DNA of 63,848 nucleotides, the filler included, from Globobulimina sp. (taxonomy: Eukaryota), in the NCBI GenBank assembly GCA_003354225.1. It is 42 parts of 42 records of this genome, joined end to end, with 100 filler letters (N's around TTAATTAATTAA, not from the genome) between each part and the next. Parts side by side here need not be neighbours in the genome. Positions count along the whole stretch, not along the records: positions 36,557 to 37,978 come from PIVH01016918.1; positions 38,079 to 39,500 come from PIVH01016919.1; positions 39,601 to 41,022 come from PIVH01016920.1; positions 41,123 to 42,544 come from PIVH01016921.1; positions 42,645 to 44,066 come from PIVH01016922.1; positions 44,167 to 45,588 come from PIVH01016923.1; positions 45,689 to 47,110 come from PIVH01016924.1; positions 47,211 to 48,632 come from PIVH01016925.1; 34 more parts are not named here. The stretch is one strand, 5' to 3'. Positions 36,557-50,426 of the stretch are shown in pieces (positions within the stretch are counted from its first letter, which is position 1; each line of letters starts with the position of its first letter). The translations under genes and the position numbers were made by a program. The notes beneath the pieces were generated by a model. The model was not told where the DNA came from and did not search any database. It saw only the letters and a list, made by a program, of their open reading frames with translations.

Positions 36557-37978
36557 CACTGTGGCTCAATTACAATAGTCGACGTTGCATGTAATATTAA
36601 GGCTGGTCCCCGTATAACGTCACCATAAAATAAGTCAGATATATCATAAACATTGGTGGCTAATCGCTTCATGCCTTCGCCAGACACATCAAACCAAGCC
36701 ATCCACCCTTTCAATTGCACACAATCCGATAATAATTTATCCGCAGAAGTACGTGCGGGGATATTATGTGTGGCCACTTGTGTACCTTTACACGTTGCCC
36801 GCACTCGAATATCATCAACAAATATCTCGCGCTGTAATACAAATCCAAATTCTTGCTGGTAACGGTTAATAAATAGGTTATAATATTCATCAAAACAGTT
36901 ATCTGCTTCAATGTGCTCTTGTTTTTCATCTGAATTGTATGTATACGCAGTGCCGGGAATAAATCGCGAAGTATCTGTACCTACAAATCGTAAATTTAAA
37001 TATGGCTGTAATACTATGCTAGTTTGTTCACCATAACCTTGTGCAATTAACTTATTTGCTGCACTCACAGCAATTTGTCTTAATTTCGCAGATAAATAGG
37101 GCATGGATTGTGCGATGAATTGTATCTTTGTGGCTTGTTGTTGTTCTTGTACAACATCAGCGAGTCCCATGCCGTACGCGGATAATATTCCGGCAAACTT
37201 ATGTATGAATACCTTGTGTATACCCAATGCACGTGCAATAGCACAGGCGTGTTGACCGCCAGCGCCACCAAAACAGGCCAACACATGATTGGTGATATCG
37301 TATCCACGCGCCATGGTTAGATTGCGTATGTGCCGACACATGGATTCATTCGCAATCTTAATAAAACCCAAAGCAACTTCGGGTATGGTTTTCTTGATAT
37401 TATTTCTATTTATGTCAATATTGTATTTATTAATGTCATCCGTAATGCTTTGAAACGCGTGCTTTGTTTCCAATGAACCCAATTCTGAATTCTTATTTGG
37501 GCCAAATATCTTTGGGAAATAAGAGGGTATAATCCGACCTAAAACTAAATTCGCGTCAGTGATGGCTAAGGGACCACCATTTAAATAACATACTGGCCCT
37601 AATATACAATAAAAAATGTTATTTAATATGTGATGTCATGTTATATATTATAACCTGGATAAGCTCCGGCACTGTCTGGGCCAACGTGCATCATTCCAGC
37701 CTCAAAGGTTAATATGCTGCCACCGCCGGCAGCGACTGTGTTAATATCAAGTTGCGGAGCTTGAATACATACGCCAGCCGTCACGTTTTCAAACACATAT
37801 TCGTATCCCCCATCATATCTGGACACATCGGTTGAAGTGCCACCCATATCAAAGCCGATAATACCTCCATACTTATCAGTGTTAAAATGTTTATATGTGG
37901 TCGACACATAACCAACAACACCGCCACCTGGACCAGATAAAACTGCCTTGTATCCATTAAAATTATTCACTGAACATA
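36557..37978 (-). CDS. OPLAH: 5-oxoprolinase (ATP-hydrolysing), internal part; intron 37599-37654
   Basis: [30 protein letters not shown], spliced AGAYPG|PVCY and [10 protein letters not shown]. Confidence 0.92.
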
Positions 37979-38078
37979 NNNNNNNNNNNNNNNNNNNNNN
38001 NNNNNNNNNNNNNNNNNNNNNNTTAATTAATTAANNNNNNNNNNNNNNNNNNNNNNNNNNNNNNNNNNNNNNNNNNNN

Positions 38079-38600
38079 AAATATGAATAAATCGACAAAA
38101 GCCAATAATATTTCAATAAAACATCGTTTTGATGACTCGCCTTCAGATTTGACTCGAAACCAAATCACACCAATTGTTAAAATTCTGTAAACCAATAATA
38201 TAAAACACCCGGACCAAAAAAATGATGCCATATCTACTGATTCATAATTTATCCCATTAATCTCATCAACATATAAATAAAACCAAGTAATCAATACTCC
38301 AATGTCTGTAGCGGTGTCATAGAAATATACAATAATTTGGCCATATATGCCACGTTGTTTCCAGACACTGTCTACAAACATTCTGTCCAATTCGTGTCCT
38401 TCTTTGTTCCAAACATATGTAGCCAATAATAATGTAAATATAAAATAATTCGAGAAATACACGATGGTCACGGTTGCTGCAAACGAAAGTGACATGATTG
38501 ACGAGATCGTAATCTTCTTCGAAATCAAAGCAAAACTTCCTACTCACTAATATACAATCCTTCTGTTGATACTTCAGTTGTACCTCATATTTGCACTTAA
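38079..38600 (-). CDS. Multi-pass membrane protein fragment, possibly frameshifted near its 5' end
   Basis: Several hydrophobic helices and YDTATDIGVL. Confidence 0.45.
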
Positions 38601-38631
38601 TCAAAACTAACGTTATCGTCGCAGTTGAAAA

Positions 38632-39500
38632 ATGAAAACACTAATCACATTATTACTAATTACAATATTATGCATAACCGTAACACCAGAAAAAGGTCAA
38701 AACCAAAACAAAGGTCAAGATCAAGACAAAGAAGAAAAAGACCCAAAAGACGTTAGTGACAAAGGCAAAAAAACATGGTATTATAGCACAGACACACCAA
38801 TGACTACAGACACATCAATGACGACAACCACACCAATCCCTACGACCACCACCATCGCCACCACCACACAAAAAACCACCAGCACCACAAAGAAAACCAC
38901 CACAAAAAGACCCATCAGAACCACCACCACAACAACCACCACCACAAAAAAACCCAGTTCCAGCGAGCCAATCGAGTCCAGCGAGTCCAGCGTGTCCAGT
39001 TCCATTGACAGCTCCATCGATAGCTCCATCTCAGAATCAAACAGTGTCAGTAATTCACAGTCGAGTGACAGTGACAGCGACAGCGACGGTGGAAACACAA
39101 GTGGTGGTTTTGACCCATTTGGATCCATTTCGGGAAGTGGCAGTGGTTCAGACACCGACACAGACAGCGGCTCGGACGCAAGCAGTGAGCCACCAAATGT
39201 GGTACCGGTTAGTTCAGAATCCAGCGATGAGCCTACGATATCGACTCCAAGAAAAACAAGAACTGTTTCCAACGGCAACAGTGGCTCCGGGTCCGCTGAC
39301 AGTGGGTCTGGCGAATTCAATGTATTTGACGATGGTTTGGGTGGAGATGAGCCTGGCAATGCGACTGTGAGTGGAGGTGTGGTGAGCAGCAGAATGATAT
39401 ATGAAATTGTTGGGAGTGCTGTGATTGTTTGTGTGTTATCGGTCGCATTGTACTGCATTTATCATAAAACGAATCAGCAGAATAAATATAAAAAGCCACT
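38632..39500 (+). CDS. Mucin-like type I membrane protein (signal peptide, Thr/Ser-rich stalk, TM)
   Basis: N-terminal signal peptide, poly-Thr and Ser/Asp tracts, C-terminal TM followed by basic residues. Confidence 0.7.
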
Positions 39501-39603
39501 NNNNNNNNNNNNNNNNNNNNNNNNNNNNNNNNNNNNNNNNNNNNTTAATTAATTAANNNNNNNNNNNNNNNNNNNNNNNNNNNNNNNNNNNNNNNNNNNN
39601 GAT

Positions 39604-40508
39604 ATGGACATTATCAGCAACAACAACACCAACAACGGCATCATCCATCGCGTCAAACAAGAAAACAATATCTTGCCGCCACCAATCACCAACAACAATT
39701 ATCCGCCGACCAATTACCACAACAATTTGCCGCGTTTTTCCATCTCCTCCTCCCCACCGCAGCCATCCTCCATGTTCATGGACCAAATCAACGCCAACTC
39801 CAACAGCAACATCTATGCTCCCAACGAGTACACAGTTACGTTCTCACATTTATCCATAAATAATATTGCTTATCGCAAAAACAGTATGGACAGAACAACC
39901 TAATTCGTTCCCGTTCCTTGCAAAATGGACCGAATGCATTGCGCCCCGCCAACTTACCCACTTTGCGGCGTTCGGCGTCCGCCACGGCCTCAAATAACAG
40001 CAACTTGGGCGTGGAATATGTGACGTCGAGCAAAACTGCGAAATCAGAAAGTAATAAAAGCAACGCGTCCGCCACAAACGCGGCCGGAGCAGCGAGCAGA
40101 TCGCACGTATTGACGCCGTTCGATTATCCATTGTCCAACGAGTTGATCACAAGCAAGAAAGGCATAGCCCATGGTACGCATTCCTATTATTCTCGATATA
40201 TAACCAACATCAAACAGGAGAAGCCGATCCACTCTGCGCCACTATATTCCATCTCCTCCGTTGAACAGAACACCAACTCCAATAATTCGTCGCTGTCACA
40301 CTCCCATTCTCAGCGCAACTCATTGTCCGCCACACCAAATCCAAACACAAATTACAATTTTTCATTGTCTTCCTCCTTATTAAGTATCCCCCAGCATTTA
40401 ACACAAAATCAGCACTCCTCAAATCCCTCATTCCCTCCAATTGTTTCATGTTTGTTTCCTTTTATGTGTTTATATAATGTGTATAATGCATGTCGTATAT
40501 ATAGATAA
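39604..40508 (+). CDS. Asn/Ser/Pro-rich low-complexity protein; probable intron from 39835 to 39884 or 39893
   Basis: A phase-0 GT..AG intron joins the two ORFs. Confidence 0.45.
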
Positions 40509-41180
40509 TGACGGATTTAATGAGAACAATGCACCGAATAGCAGTCATTTCAATTTTTTGTGGTGGTATCCGGAAGTTAAATTTTGTGAATTGGATCCGC
40601 AGCTTATCCCAATCCCATAATGAGCACTTATTAGAATTGTATTGTAGCATATTTTTTGCATGAAAACGTAGTGAAAACTTGACGCAAATTATGCAAATCT
40701 TAAAATTAAACAGCGGTTTGTCCGTTGTTTGAAAACCATTTTATTAATTCAGTAAATATAATCAATTTAATTATTAATCTTTATGATGCCAATGACATTT
40801 TATTTCAATTTGTTTTTTGTCTGGGTTCGGTGCAGTGAATTTATATTAAATTAAAATTAATTGACATAAAGAAATAGTGTAATTTGTGTTTTTTGAATTT
40901 AATCTATTTTTTTTTTGTATTTTTTTTTCTTTGTTTTTATCAGATTTTGTATTTGTATTTTGTCGATCACTCCATTTTGTTTGTATTGAATGAAAAGGTT
41001 TTACCGGATATTACAAAGATAANNNNNNNNNNNNNNNNNNNNNNNNNNNNNNNNNNNNNNNNNNNNTTAATTAATTAANNNNNNNNNNNNNNNNNNNNNN
41101 NNNNNNNNNNNNNNNNNNNNNNTATTGTATACCGAGTCTATTTTGTGAGAAAGAATTTCGTTGCAAAATGTGGCTCTCTA

Positions 41181-41598
41181 TACCTGGGATATGGAACAAC
41201 CTATTTTGTGTTTTTAACTTATTATTTATGATAACAATACACCATTGTGCTTCTATATAAACACTGTTTTTTGCACAATATTTTGTTTATATAAACACTG
41301 TTTTTTGCCAGTTAAAAAGTCAATAATGTTTTCATTTTACAGTTAATAATGTTTACATTTAGCAAGTAGACACCGCAACAACTACGTAATGCTCTTTTTG
41401 GCTTAATGTCGTAATAATGATTAATATGCATCAGTAATAATGATTAACAATGAATCTGCGCATCCAATTTGTGGCAATCACTGAACCCATAAACAAAATA
41501 TTGTGCAAAAAACAGTGTTTATAAACAAGCACAATGTTGTATTGCTATCATAAATAATAAGTTAAAAACACAAAATATGCTGTTCCATATCCCAGGTA
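41181..41598. mobile_element. MITE-like element with ~110-bp terminal inverted repeats and TA flanks
   Basis: TA|TACCTGGGATATGGAACA.. (41181-41290) is inverted at 41489-41598 ..TGTTCCATATCCCAGGTA|TA. Confidence 0.8.
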
Positions 41599-42645
41599 TA
41601 ATATCCTGCATTTACACGAAAAATATGTAAGTTTGCATATTGGTATAATATATTTTCTTGTTCAGTCAATTTTGTTGGACAAATATGTGTAATGCTTCAT
41701 GGCGTAATGACTAAAAAAATGCAAGTTTCTGTAGGAGTCGCCATGGTGATTATGTGTAGCATATTGGCCAACGTTCATTATCTTTTTTTGAAAGCATTGC
41801 AATCATACAGTAAATTTGAATATGAATTGCTCGACGAATTGGTTCAAACAAATGGCACAGTTCCAACAAAGCAAGAAACCGTATCAGAAATATCAAAACA
41901 AAAATCATTGTAAATAACTTTGTTACAAATATTAAGGGCATCGATCCGCTATTTTTTTATGTTTTTACCTGTTTTGTTTCTTAATTTTTCTATCCATTGT
42001 ATGTCTTGAATCCATTTGATTTCTTCATAATAACCGATATCGGTATGTTTTATTGTTAATACAATACCATACACACATAATTCATTCACCAGATACCAGT
42101 ATACCATACACATACTATACAATACCATCAGATACCAGTATAGCATTATTTGGTTGGCCATTAACATCAATTATGTAAAGATCGATTGTTTGGTCGGTAC
42201 ATTTTTCGGGTGATGTTTTTTCGAATTTTAATTTTGTTAATGTATTGGCAAATAGTTGCATGATATCTATAATATAGTTACATAAACTTAATGCATTGCA
42301 GATTTATCCTTGCACAAATATCGATAAATTTTTAAATTTAAAATTTTAACTTAAAGATTGCAATTAAAGATTGTAATCGACGTACACTCGTACAGAGATT
42401 GTAATGGACAGAGTTGTTGATGGTACGTACTCTTTTAGTTGTAATTTTTTTGCAGAAAATTTTCTGCTGTGAATAAACTGAAAACATCCTATTATATAAA
42501 GGAATGCTCGACAATGTTTGCCTTAAACAATGAAAAATCATTCANNNNNNNNNNNNNNNNNNNNNNNNNNNNNNNNNNNNNNNNNNNNTTAATTAATTAA
42601 NNNNNNNNNNNNNNNNNNNNNNNNNNNNNNNNNNNNNNNNNNNNA

Positions 42646-44066
42646 AATCGGTCGGCCAAAGCAGCTATGACCGAGGTACGCATTTTACAAATGGAATGAA
42701 AACAATCCATATATGTGCACGTGTCAGTGTTTAGCTGACGAGCATTCACGACCAACCCCAGAATTATTCCGGTTATATGAAACATGGAGCAAAGGAGGTA
42801 CTGGATTGTTGATAACAGGCAATGTTGTGATTGACCGACGTTATTTAGAAAGACCAGGAAATGTTTGCATTGATGGACTACAAAATGAACAACAACTAAA
42901 ATTACTAAAACAATATGCATTATGTGGCCAAAAATACCACAATTCTAAAATAATGGTTCAACTCTCACACGCTGGGCGACAGTCCAATGGAATGGTGAAT
43001 ATGTCGCCCATTGGTCCCAGCAACATAGCTTTGCAGAACATGCCCAAAATGGCATTTGGTACACCCCGCGCAATGAGCATGGAGGAGATAGCTGACGTGA
43101 AACAACGTTTTGTTTACGCAGCGGAAGTATGCAAACAGTGCGGATTCAATGGGATACAGATCCATTCTGCCCACGGATACCTATTGTCATCATTTATGAA
43201 TCCAGTCGCAAATAACAGACAGGATAAATATGGAGGCTCTCTGCAAAATAGATGCCGTTTATTATTGGAGGTTGTAGCCGAAGTGAGGCAAGTTGTGGGT
43301 GCTACTTTTCCCATTGCTGTCAAACTGAATTCCGCTGACTTTCAACTGGGTGGCTTCACAGCGGATGAATGCATCAAAGTAGCTTTATTGTTACAGGAAG
43401 CAGGCATTGATTTGCTTGAACTGAGCGGAGGTAATTATGACAGTGATATATATCGAGAATTTGATATTGATGGCAAAGAGGCAGAATTGGATGAAATTAT
43501 CAAGAAATATGATATGAAACGAAGCAGTGCAACGCGAGAAGCATATTACTTGAAATATTGCCGAGATGTTATAAATGCATTAAAATCACGAGAGGGCACA
43601 GGGAGTGGTAGGAAACGATTGCATCGAATGTGCATAATGTGTACAGGCGGTTTTCGGTCAAAATGTGTGATGTTAGAAGCATTAAATAGCGCAGGATGTG
43701 ATATTATTGGTATTGGCCGGCCATTATGCGGAAAACCGGATGGTTCGTTGGAATTAATTCAATCTAAAGATATTAATTATTGTTTGCCGAGATATGAAAG
43801 TGAATTAGTTGTTGGTTTGTCGTGGCTCTATAATAATTGTATAAATAATAGAAGGTGGCATAAAATATTGCCAATATTGTCAATTGTGAATTTATTGGGA
43901 AAGCAAAGTTGGTATTATGTGCAATTGATTGAGATTGGCAAAACAGGAGAGGTGAAACTGGAGAAGGGTTGTTTTGCCGCACTAATTGCAAATTTCAGAC
44001 ATGAACAAAAATGTGCGTCCAATTTAATTGGAATTAAAGTAGTGGGTAATGTATATAATAGAGGCG
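42646..44066 (+). CDS. NADH:flavin oxidoreductase (old yellow enzyme family); intron 42676-42727
   Basis: NRSAKAAMTE|CLAD, GLLITGNV, QLSHAGRQ, QIHSAHGYLLSSF and RQDKYGGSLQNR. Confidence 0.92.
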
Positions 44067-44166
44067 NNNNNNNNNNNNNNNNNNNNNNNNNNNNNNNNNN
44101 NNNNNNNNNNTTAATTAATTAANNNNNNNNNNNNNNNNNNNNNNNNNNNNNNNNNNNNNNNNNNNN

Positions 44167-45482
44167 AAGCCAGCAATAACCAGCAACACAGACAAACCAA
44201 TTAAAACTAACACTGCTTTGCCCATTAATGTCTTAAAATAATTTTTTGGTAAAATCGGACTTAACGTAGGACTCTTTGAGGGAGCATTGCTTGGCATTTT
44301 TGTTGAACTGTGTTGAGCAAATAATTTGTATTCAACATTACCAAAATAATAATGTTTATTTGCATAATCAATACCACCGCCCATCACATATAACAGTGCA
44401 TATTCTTCACTGCGATGAACATCCAAACAACTCATAAATCCAAACACTGGATACTTTCTATCATAAATAGCTAATTCATATTCATCAATAATAGCTATCG
44501 TTTCTGTAAAAACATTAAATCTCATAATAGCGCCATAGGCAAATTTACTTTTCATGCCATGCATGCAGTAAATACTAGAATTAGTATTAGTATTTTTTGA
44601 GAATGATAATTCATAACAATATAAGTTAATGGTTGGATGTGGCAACGACTGCTTTAACACCAACCAACGATTCTGGCCAGTATCATATTTTAAGATAATA
44701 TCCGTGTTTTGAGTCAAATATTGATGATCATGACCATGCTGATTTGCTTTGTATATACCACCGCCAAAGGAATAGACATTATTTGTGGAATACGAATAGG
44801 AACAGCCAGTGGCATAGACGTGAATATGTCCCATATATGATGTCCTTGTCCATACATCAGCGGTTATATCATATATTTGGCTGTAACCAATATCATTATC
44901 ATTACCATGGTGGTCATTATCATAGCCACCAACGACAAAAAGATGGCTGTCATTGTTGGTGCTGCAGGCAGCGAGGTTATGTAATATGGGTTTATTTGCA
45001 TTTGGTTTGCTATCAATCCAGCGGGGAATGGATAGATCATAGAGTAGCATGTAGTATTTCTCTTGTTTGTTGTTTTGTGTTTCAACATCCGGAGCTAAGA
45101 CATAGATCAAATTATTTAGCTGTGTGTATGATTGCCATGGCGATGAAAATCCAGATTCTTCACTGATATGTTTTGGTAATTGGTGTGGTGTATACACCCA
45201 TTTGGTGTTGTTGATATTTTTTATTATGATATTGTCCGTCTTTGTGTATGTGATATTCAATGAACGTAAATCAAATGAATATAGACCATTATTATATGTA
45301 TTCATTGATGTTGAGCCGTTAACACCAATGTTGCCATCTAATATATACAAATGATCGTTCCATATGGCTGATATTGAATAAAATGGCGACACTGGCAGTT
45401 GTACTGGGAAATTACTAAAACTGCAACTGGCAAAATAAACATACAAAAGCATGTATAATAGTATTTGATGACACGATGCCAT
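44167..45482 (-). CDS. Kelch-repeat type I membrane/surface protein
   Basis: Signal peptide; LFVVGG, VYSFGG and LYVMGG Kelch blades; Pro/Ser/Thr linker; TM. Confidence 0.75.
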
Positions 45483-45688
45483 GATCACAGTAATAGCAAA
45501 AAAAAGATGTAGTTTAAAAAAACATAATTTATATTAATGTAATAACACAGTTTCATAAAAAAAAAAAAAAAAAAAAAAAAAGAGGAAANNNNNNNNNNNN
45601 NNNNNNNNNNNNNNNNNNNNNNNNNNNNNNNNTTAATTAATTAANNNNNNNNNNNNNNNNNNNNNNNNNNNNNNNNNNNNNNNNNNNN

Positions 45689-46368
45689 TTATACTTAGCG
45701 GCGGCTTTGCGAATAGTGAATATTTACAGGATAGATTGCGTAAAGAATTTGCAGAGAAAACATTTTATGTTCCTAAACATCCACATTTGGCAGTGGTTAA
45801 AGGGGCATTGTATTGGGTGAGCCAAGCCGGAAATAGCTATAATACAGAAGAGAAAGAGAAGAATGATGGTGCTATTTTTAAAATGAATAAAACCAGAGCG
45901 AAATATTCGTACGGCATTGCAATTGATAGGCTATGGAGACAAGATTGTGATAATAAAACGAGGAGAAAATATGATGCAAAGTTGGGAGGCCAAGGAATTG
46001 TGGAAAATGCATTTGGAATGTTAGTAGCTAGAAATGAAGAATATAAAGATGGGTATACTGAGGATTTTGATTATTGGATTCCCAGCGATACAAAGAAAAT
46101 TAATATTGTGTTATATGCATCGCAAGATCCATTTTGCCGTTACGTGTTTGAACCCAATGGGAAGACATTACCAACCGAGGACGGTAAGAAATGTTTTCAA
46201 GTTAAAAAGTTCCCATTGAGTTTGAATAAAAAGTATGAAACAAGACAAGAATTTAAGATTACATTGGAATATCGACAAGATGGAATTAATTTAAGTTTTA
46301 TTGATCCAAATCACGGCAAACGAATCTTTGTAAATGTTGATACCACTGCAAAACCAGGGACATTCTAA
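45689..46368 (+). CDS. HSP70-superfamily (HSPA12-like) C-terminal part
   Basis: ILSGGFANSEYLQ, P..AVVKGA and RAKYSYGI. Confidence 0.75.
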
Positions 46369-46567
46369 AGGAATACTGCATGAATGTTTTTGTTTAATTT
46401 TATTTCATAATTGTTTGTACAGTCACTGGCATATCAATAATTATCAATACATAATAATATCAAGGCTCTGGTCTTGTAACCGAGATGTATCGTTTTCAGA
46501 AATTCCGTTTCACTCTGACTGTTTTTTACATGCACGATCTGAAAAAAAAAAGCAGCAAAATCTTTAG

Positions 46568-47110
46568 ATGGGCAGTCATTCAGCCTCAGAGTACAGACGT
46601 GCAGACGGCACCAGGATATTTGGTAGTGATTCGGAGCATACACGTAAACCTTCGTGGGATGGTGATGATACACAAAAGGCATTGTATGATACAAAATTGA
46701 TTGATGGGTACATCCGAGAAATACAACAAAATGTTTTAATGGATCAAATTATCCCCATTGCAATCAACTCAGTTTGCAATGAATATTATCATATTCCCGG
46801 AAAAATGCCATTACCGCCAGAACCAACAGAAGAGGAATTAACTCAAATCCAACATCGGAACAAACACAGATTGCAAAAAAAAAGAAAAAAAAGGTTAAAA
46901 ATATGGATGGTAGAAAATGATGTTTTTAGCAATGAATTATATGAGATATTGATCATAAATCGAGTTAGTTCACCACACAAAATTAAAGCTATGAATAGAA
47001 CAAAATTTGATACGATTGCTCGCCAGTTCAGAATTGATCAATTTGCTAAGATCAGAAATCATAAAGAAAGACGTAAAATAAATGATTTGTTGATGAAATT
47101 AGAGCGTGTT
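46568..47110 (+). CDS. Hypothetical protein with an MG start and a GYIR motif, truncated by contig end
   Basis: MGSHSAS N-terminus; LIDGYIRE..IIPIAINSVCNEYY. Confidence 0.55.
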
Positions 47111-47210
47111 NNNNNNNNNNNNNNNNNNNNNNNNNNNNNNNNNNNNNNNNNNNNTTAATTAATTAANNNNNNNNNNNNNNNNNNNNNNNNNNNNNNNNNN
47201 NNNNNNNNNN

Positions 47211-48632
47211 TGTACATTGTTATGATATTTCAAATAGATTAACAATAAAAGATAAATCTGTGATTAATCAAAATATTGTGGATGAACAAAGTGCGGATGA
47301 TATTGCAGTAAATGTGACCATGAATGTGAGCGTGCCAAATGTACATAAAATACTATATAAAAATAGAAAAATATATAATGAAATTCGTCACCGTTTAAAT
47401 AATCCAACAAGTAATAAATTTAATTGTTTTAAGTTGCAAAGTGATGTTGAAATGTATAGCATTGGATTTCAATTTGATTACATTGATGAATATGGAATTA
47501 GCACTGTCCGCAATGATGAGTATGAACTGGAGGATGATTTTGATTATATGAGTAAATCTAAAATGATTTGTGTCAAATCAAAATATGATTCATTAAAACA
47601 AGAATTAACATCAAACAATATGGCAACCATTAATATAAAACAATTTATATCCGAACTTCAAAAAGCTACAATGCATTTCAATTCATATCATCGTAGGAAT
47701 GAATATAACGGTATCGATATTAAATATATATTATCATTAATGATCTATTGTAATTATGATGTATTGCAAAATGAACTTAGTAAAACATACCGATTAGATA
47801 ATGGTAGAAAACATAATGAATTTTTTTGGTTTGGTTTAAATTTAAAAACAGCAATCAATAGATTTGGTACTCGGACGCAGGATGGCAATGTTACCAAATT
47901 TTATCACGGTGTTAGTCAGCATTTGTTATTTCCAGCACATAGCATTGGCGGATATACTGATGACTTGAATATATATTGTCCACTATCAACATCTTCTTCT
48001 TTTGAAGTTGCAGTGAATTTCGCTGGCACAAAAGGATTAGTTTTAGAGTTTGCTGACTATAATTATTTGAGAATTAATTGGGGAGATGATTCATACACAA
48101 AAGAGATAGAAAAGCAAACAATGAAACATTTTTCATTAGCGTGGTTATCGGACTTTGGAAATGAAAGAGAATATTTATTTGTTCAGGAACCGAATAGTTT
48201 TAAAATAAATAATGTGACTGATCCTCAGACTGGATTTGAATATGGCGTCGTTATTGAAGCATTATCAAATATTGCTAAATTATTAAATGCAAACGCAGTG
48301 AGTGCAGCTGCTAAATTATTAGCAGCGTATAAATATGAATTATCAACAGCACCATATGCGAGGCAATTCGTCACGAAAATCGATAAAAAATATCTTGAAA
48401 AATATAAAACTATTAAGGTTCATAGTGTGCAAAGTATAAAAGACGTAATAAGTGCGCCCGTAGATGAAAACAATGAAACATTAAATGTAACAGATTCGAT
48501 GCAATTTTTGATGAGAGCTGTTTTAAGAAATCAATTACCAGCAACAGCAGCTAAATATGAATTATTTTCTACATTGACACCATATGCGACGCAAATATGC
48601 AAAAAATATGTTCAAAAATTTAAAACAATTAA
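47211..48632 (+). CDS. Protein with a putative R-S-E-type mono-ADP-ribosyltransferase-like domain
   Basis: FYHG, PLSTSSSFEVAVNFA, GLVLEF and SDFGNEREYLF in ART order. Confidence 0.6.
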
Positions 48633-50426
48633 NNNNNNNNNNNNNNNNNNNNNNNNNNNNNNNNNNNNNNNNNNNNTTAATTAATTAANNNNNNNNNNNN
48701 NNNNNNNNNNNNNNNNNNNNNNNNNNNNNNNNAGTATCTTGTTCCGGATCCCTTTTTTCTCGAACACACATTGAATAATTACCGTTACACTTTATATTGA
48801 TGGCAAGTTCTGCTCTTAATCCTCCTTTATGGGAAGTAATGGACCATTTGTTGTTCATATCCCAATCAACAGAAACCTTATCTATTTCGAACCTAGTTTC
48901 AATTTCTTCATTAGTGTAACGTTTACGTAAATCGCCATTTCCTCTTACAACAAGCAATATAGCTGCTAACACCAACATTGATTATTTGTATTTATTTATA
49001 CTGTATACATAATTCGGAATTATTATCTATTATTAAGTGCATTATCTTTATTTTGATTCAGCTGCACAGACTGCACTGCTGCAAAAACTGATTCAACTCA
49101 TTCATTTCTTCCATTCTTCGTTCAGTTGAGTTTTGAGAAATCATTTAGGCATAAATTATCAGCTCATGTAATAAAGCTACAACGGACTACGGTGTGTTAT
49201 CTATATTGAACTTTTCAAACCCTTTCATCTGTGGGCTTTTCTATCAAAGTCTGACTTAATGCCCGATTGAATTTTGTCCCACTACACCTACTAAATGATT
49301 GTTTATAAAAAGAATGTAATGTGAATTGAAAAAAGAATTGAAAAAATAAATTAAATCCCCCTTGGGTAAGAAAACCCAATTTGTTTATTTGTATCATGAG
49401 GTATTAAAACATTTAATTCCTCAGAATCAGTGACTTGTTCTTCATCCACCCGCATCATATCAATATGTTCATATTTGTCTTTTTTATTTAATTTTCCTCG
49501 GTTTTTTGATATTTTCTCAAATGGCAACGAATCAGAATCCACTCTCTTTAGTTTTGTTTTTAAATTACTTTGTCTGAATTCTTTCTTCTTATTCCTGCCA
49601 TGTTTTCCTTTCTTATTATTTCCTCTTTTTAATTGTTTCCCATTTGATTTCTTTCCGTGATTTGGAACTGTCCATAACTCGATGTTCATTTGTTTTCGTC
49701 GATCAGTTTCGCTCTCTCTCTCACTCTCTTCCTTTCGTTTCTGTCCCTTCTGTTTGCGGTTGTTTCTCTTACCAAACCTCACCAAGTCTCCATTATTTTT
49801 TGTCTGCCAAAAAACCGCTGAAAGTTGACGTAATTTAATGCCGTGAGGGTTATATTCATCATCCGCAGCGTTTTTCCTTTTCTTTGTTTCTGTGCATAGT
49901 GCATACAATATGTGTTGCAATATTTTAATAAAAGGAAGAAAAAATTAGATTACAGTTTTGTGTACACTCTGCATACAAAACCATAATCAAAAATAATTAA
50001 CTTTGTTTGCTCAAATCATATCCATCATCTTCTACATTTTGTTTGTAACAACAATGACATTTCCAACAAGATTGCAATGAATATTGACATAAATAATTAT
50101 TATATAAACAGATTGTATTTATGATATAACTGCATTGTTGTAAGCAATTACAGTNNNNNNNNNNNNNNNNNNNNNNNNNNNNNNNNNNNNNNNNNNNNTT
50201 AATTAATTAANNNNNNNNNNNNNNNNNNNNNNNNNNNNNNNNNNNNNNNNNNNNTAACGATTTTATTCTTTGTTATGAAACAAATCTGTACAAAACCCCA
50301 AACAAACTCTTGACGTTAATTTCTTATTTATGCAACTTGTTGCTTTATCCTTGCACTAAACTGAAGATTTTCAGCTACAAATTATGTTTTAAATAGTTCG
50401 ACAAGGATATTATTTACGTCATTCGG

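Noticed and set aside
38781-39458. 225-aa antisense ORF
   Set aside because: Shadow of the low-complexity Thr/Ser-rich gene on the plus strand.
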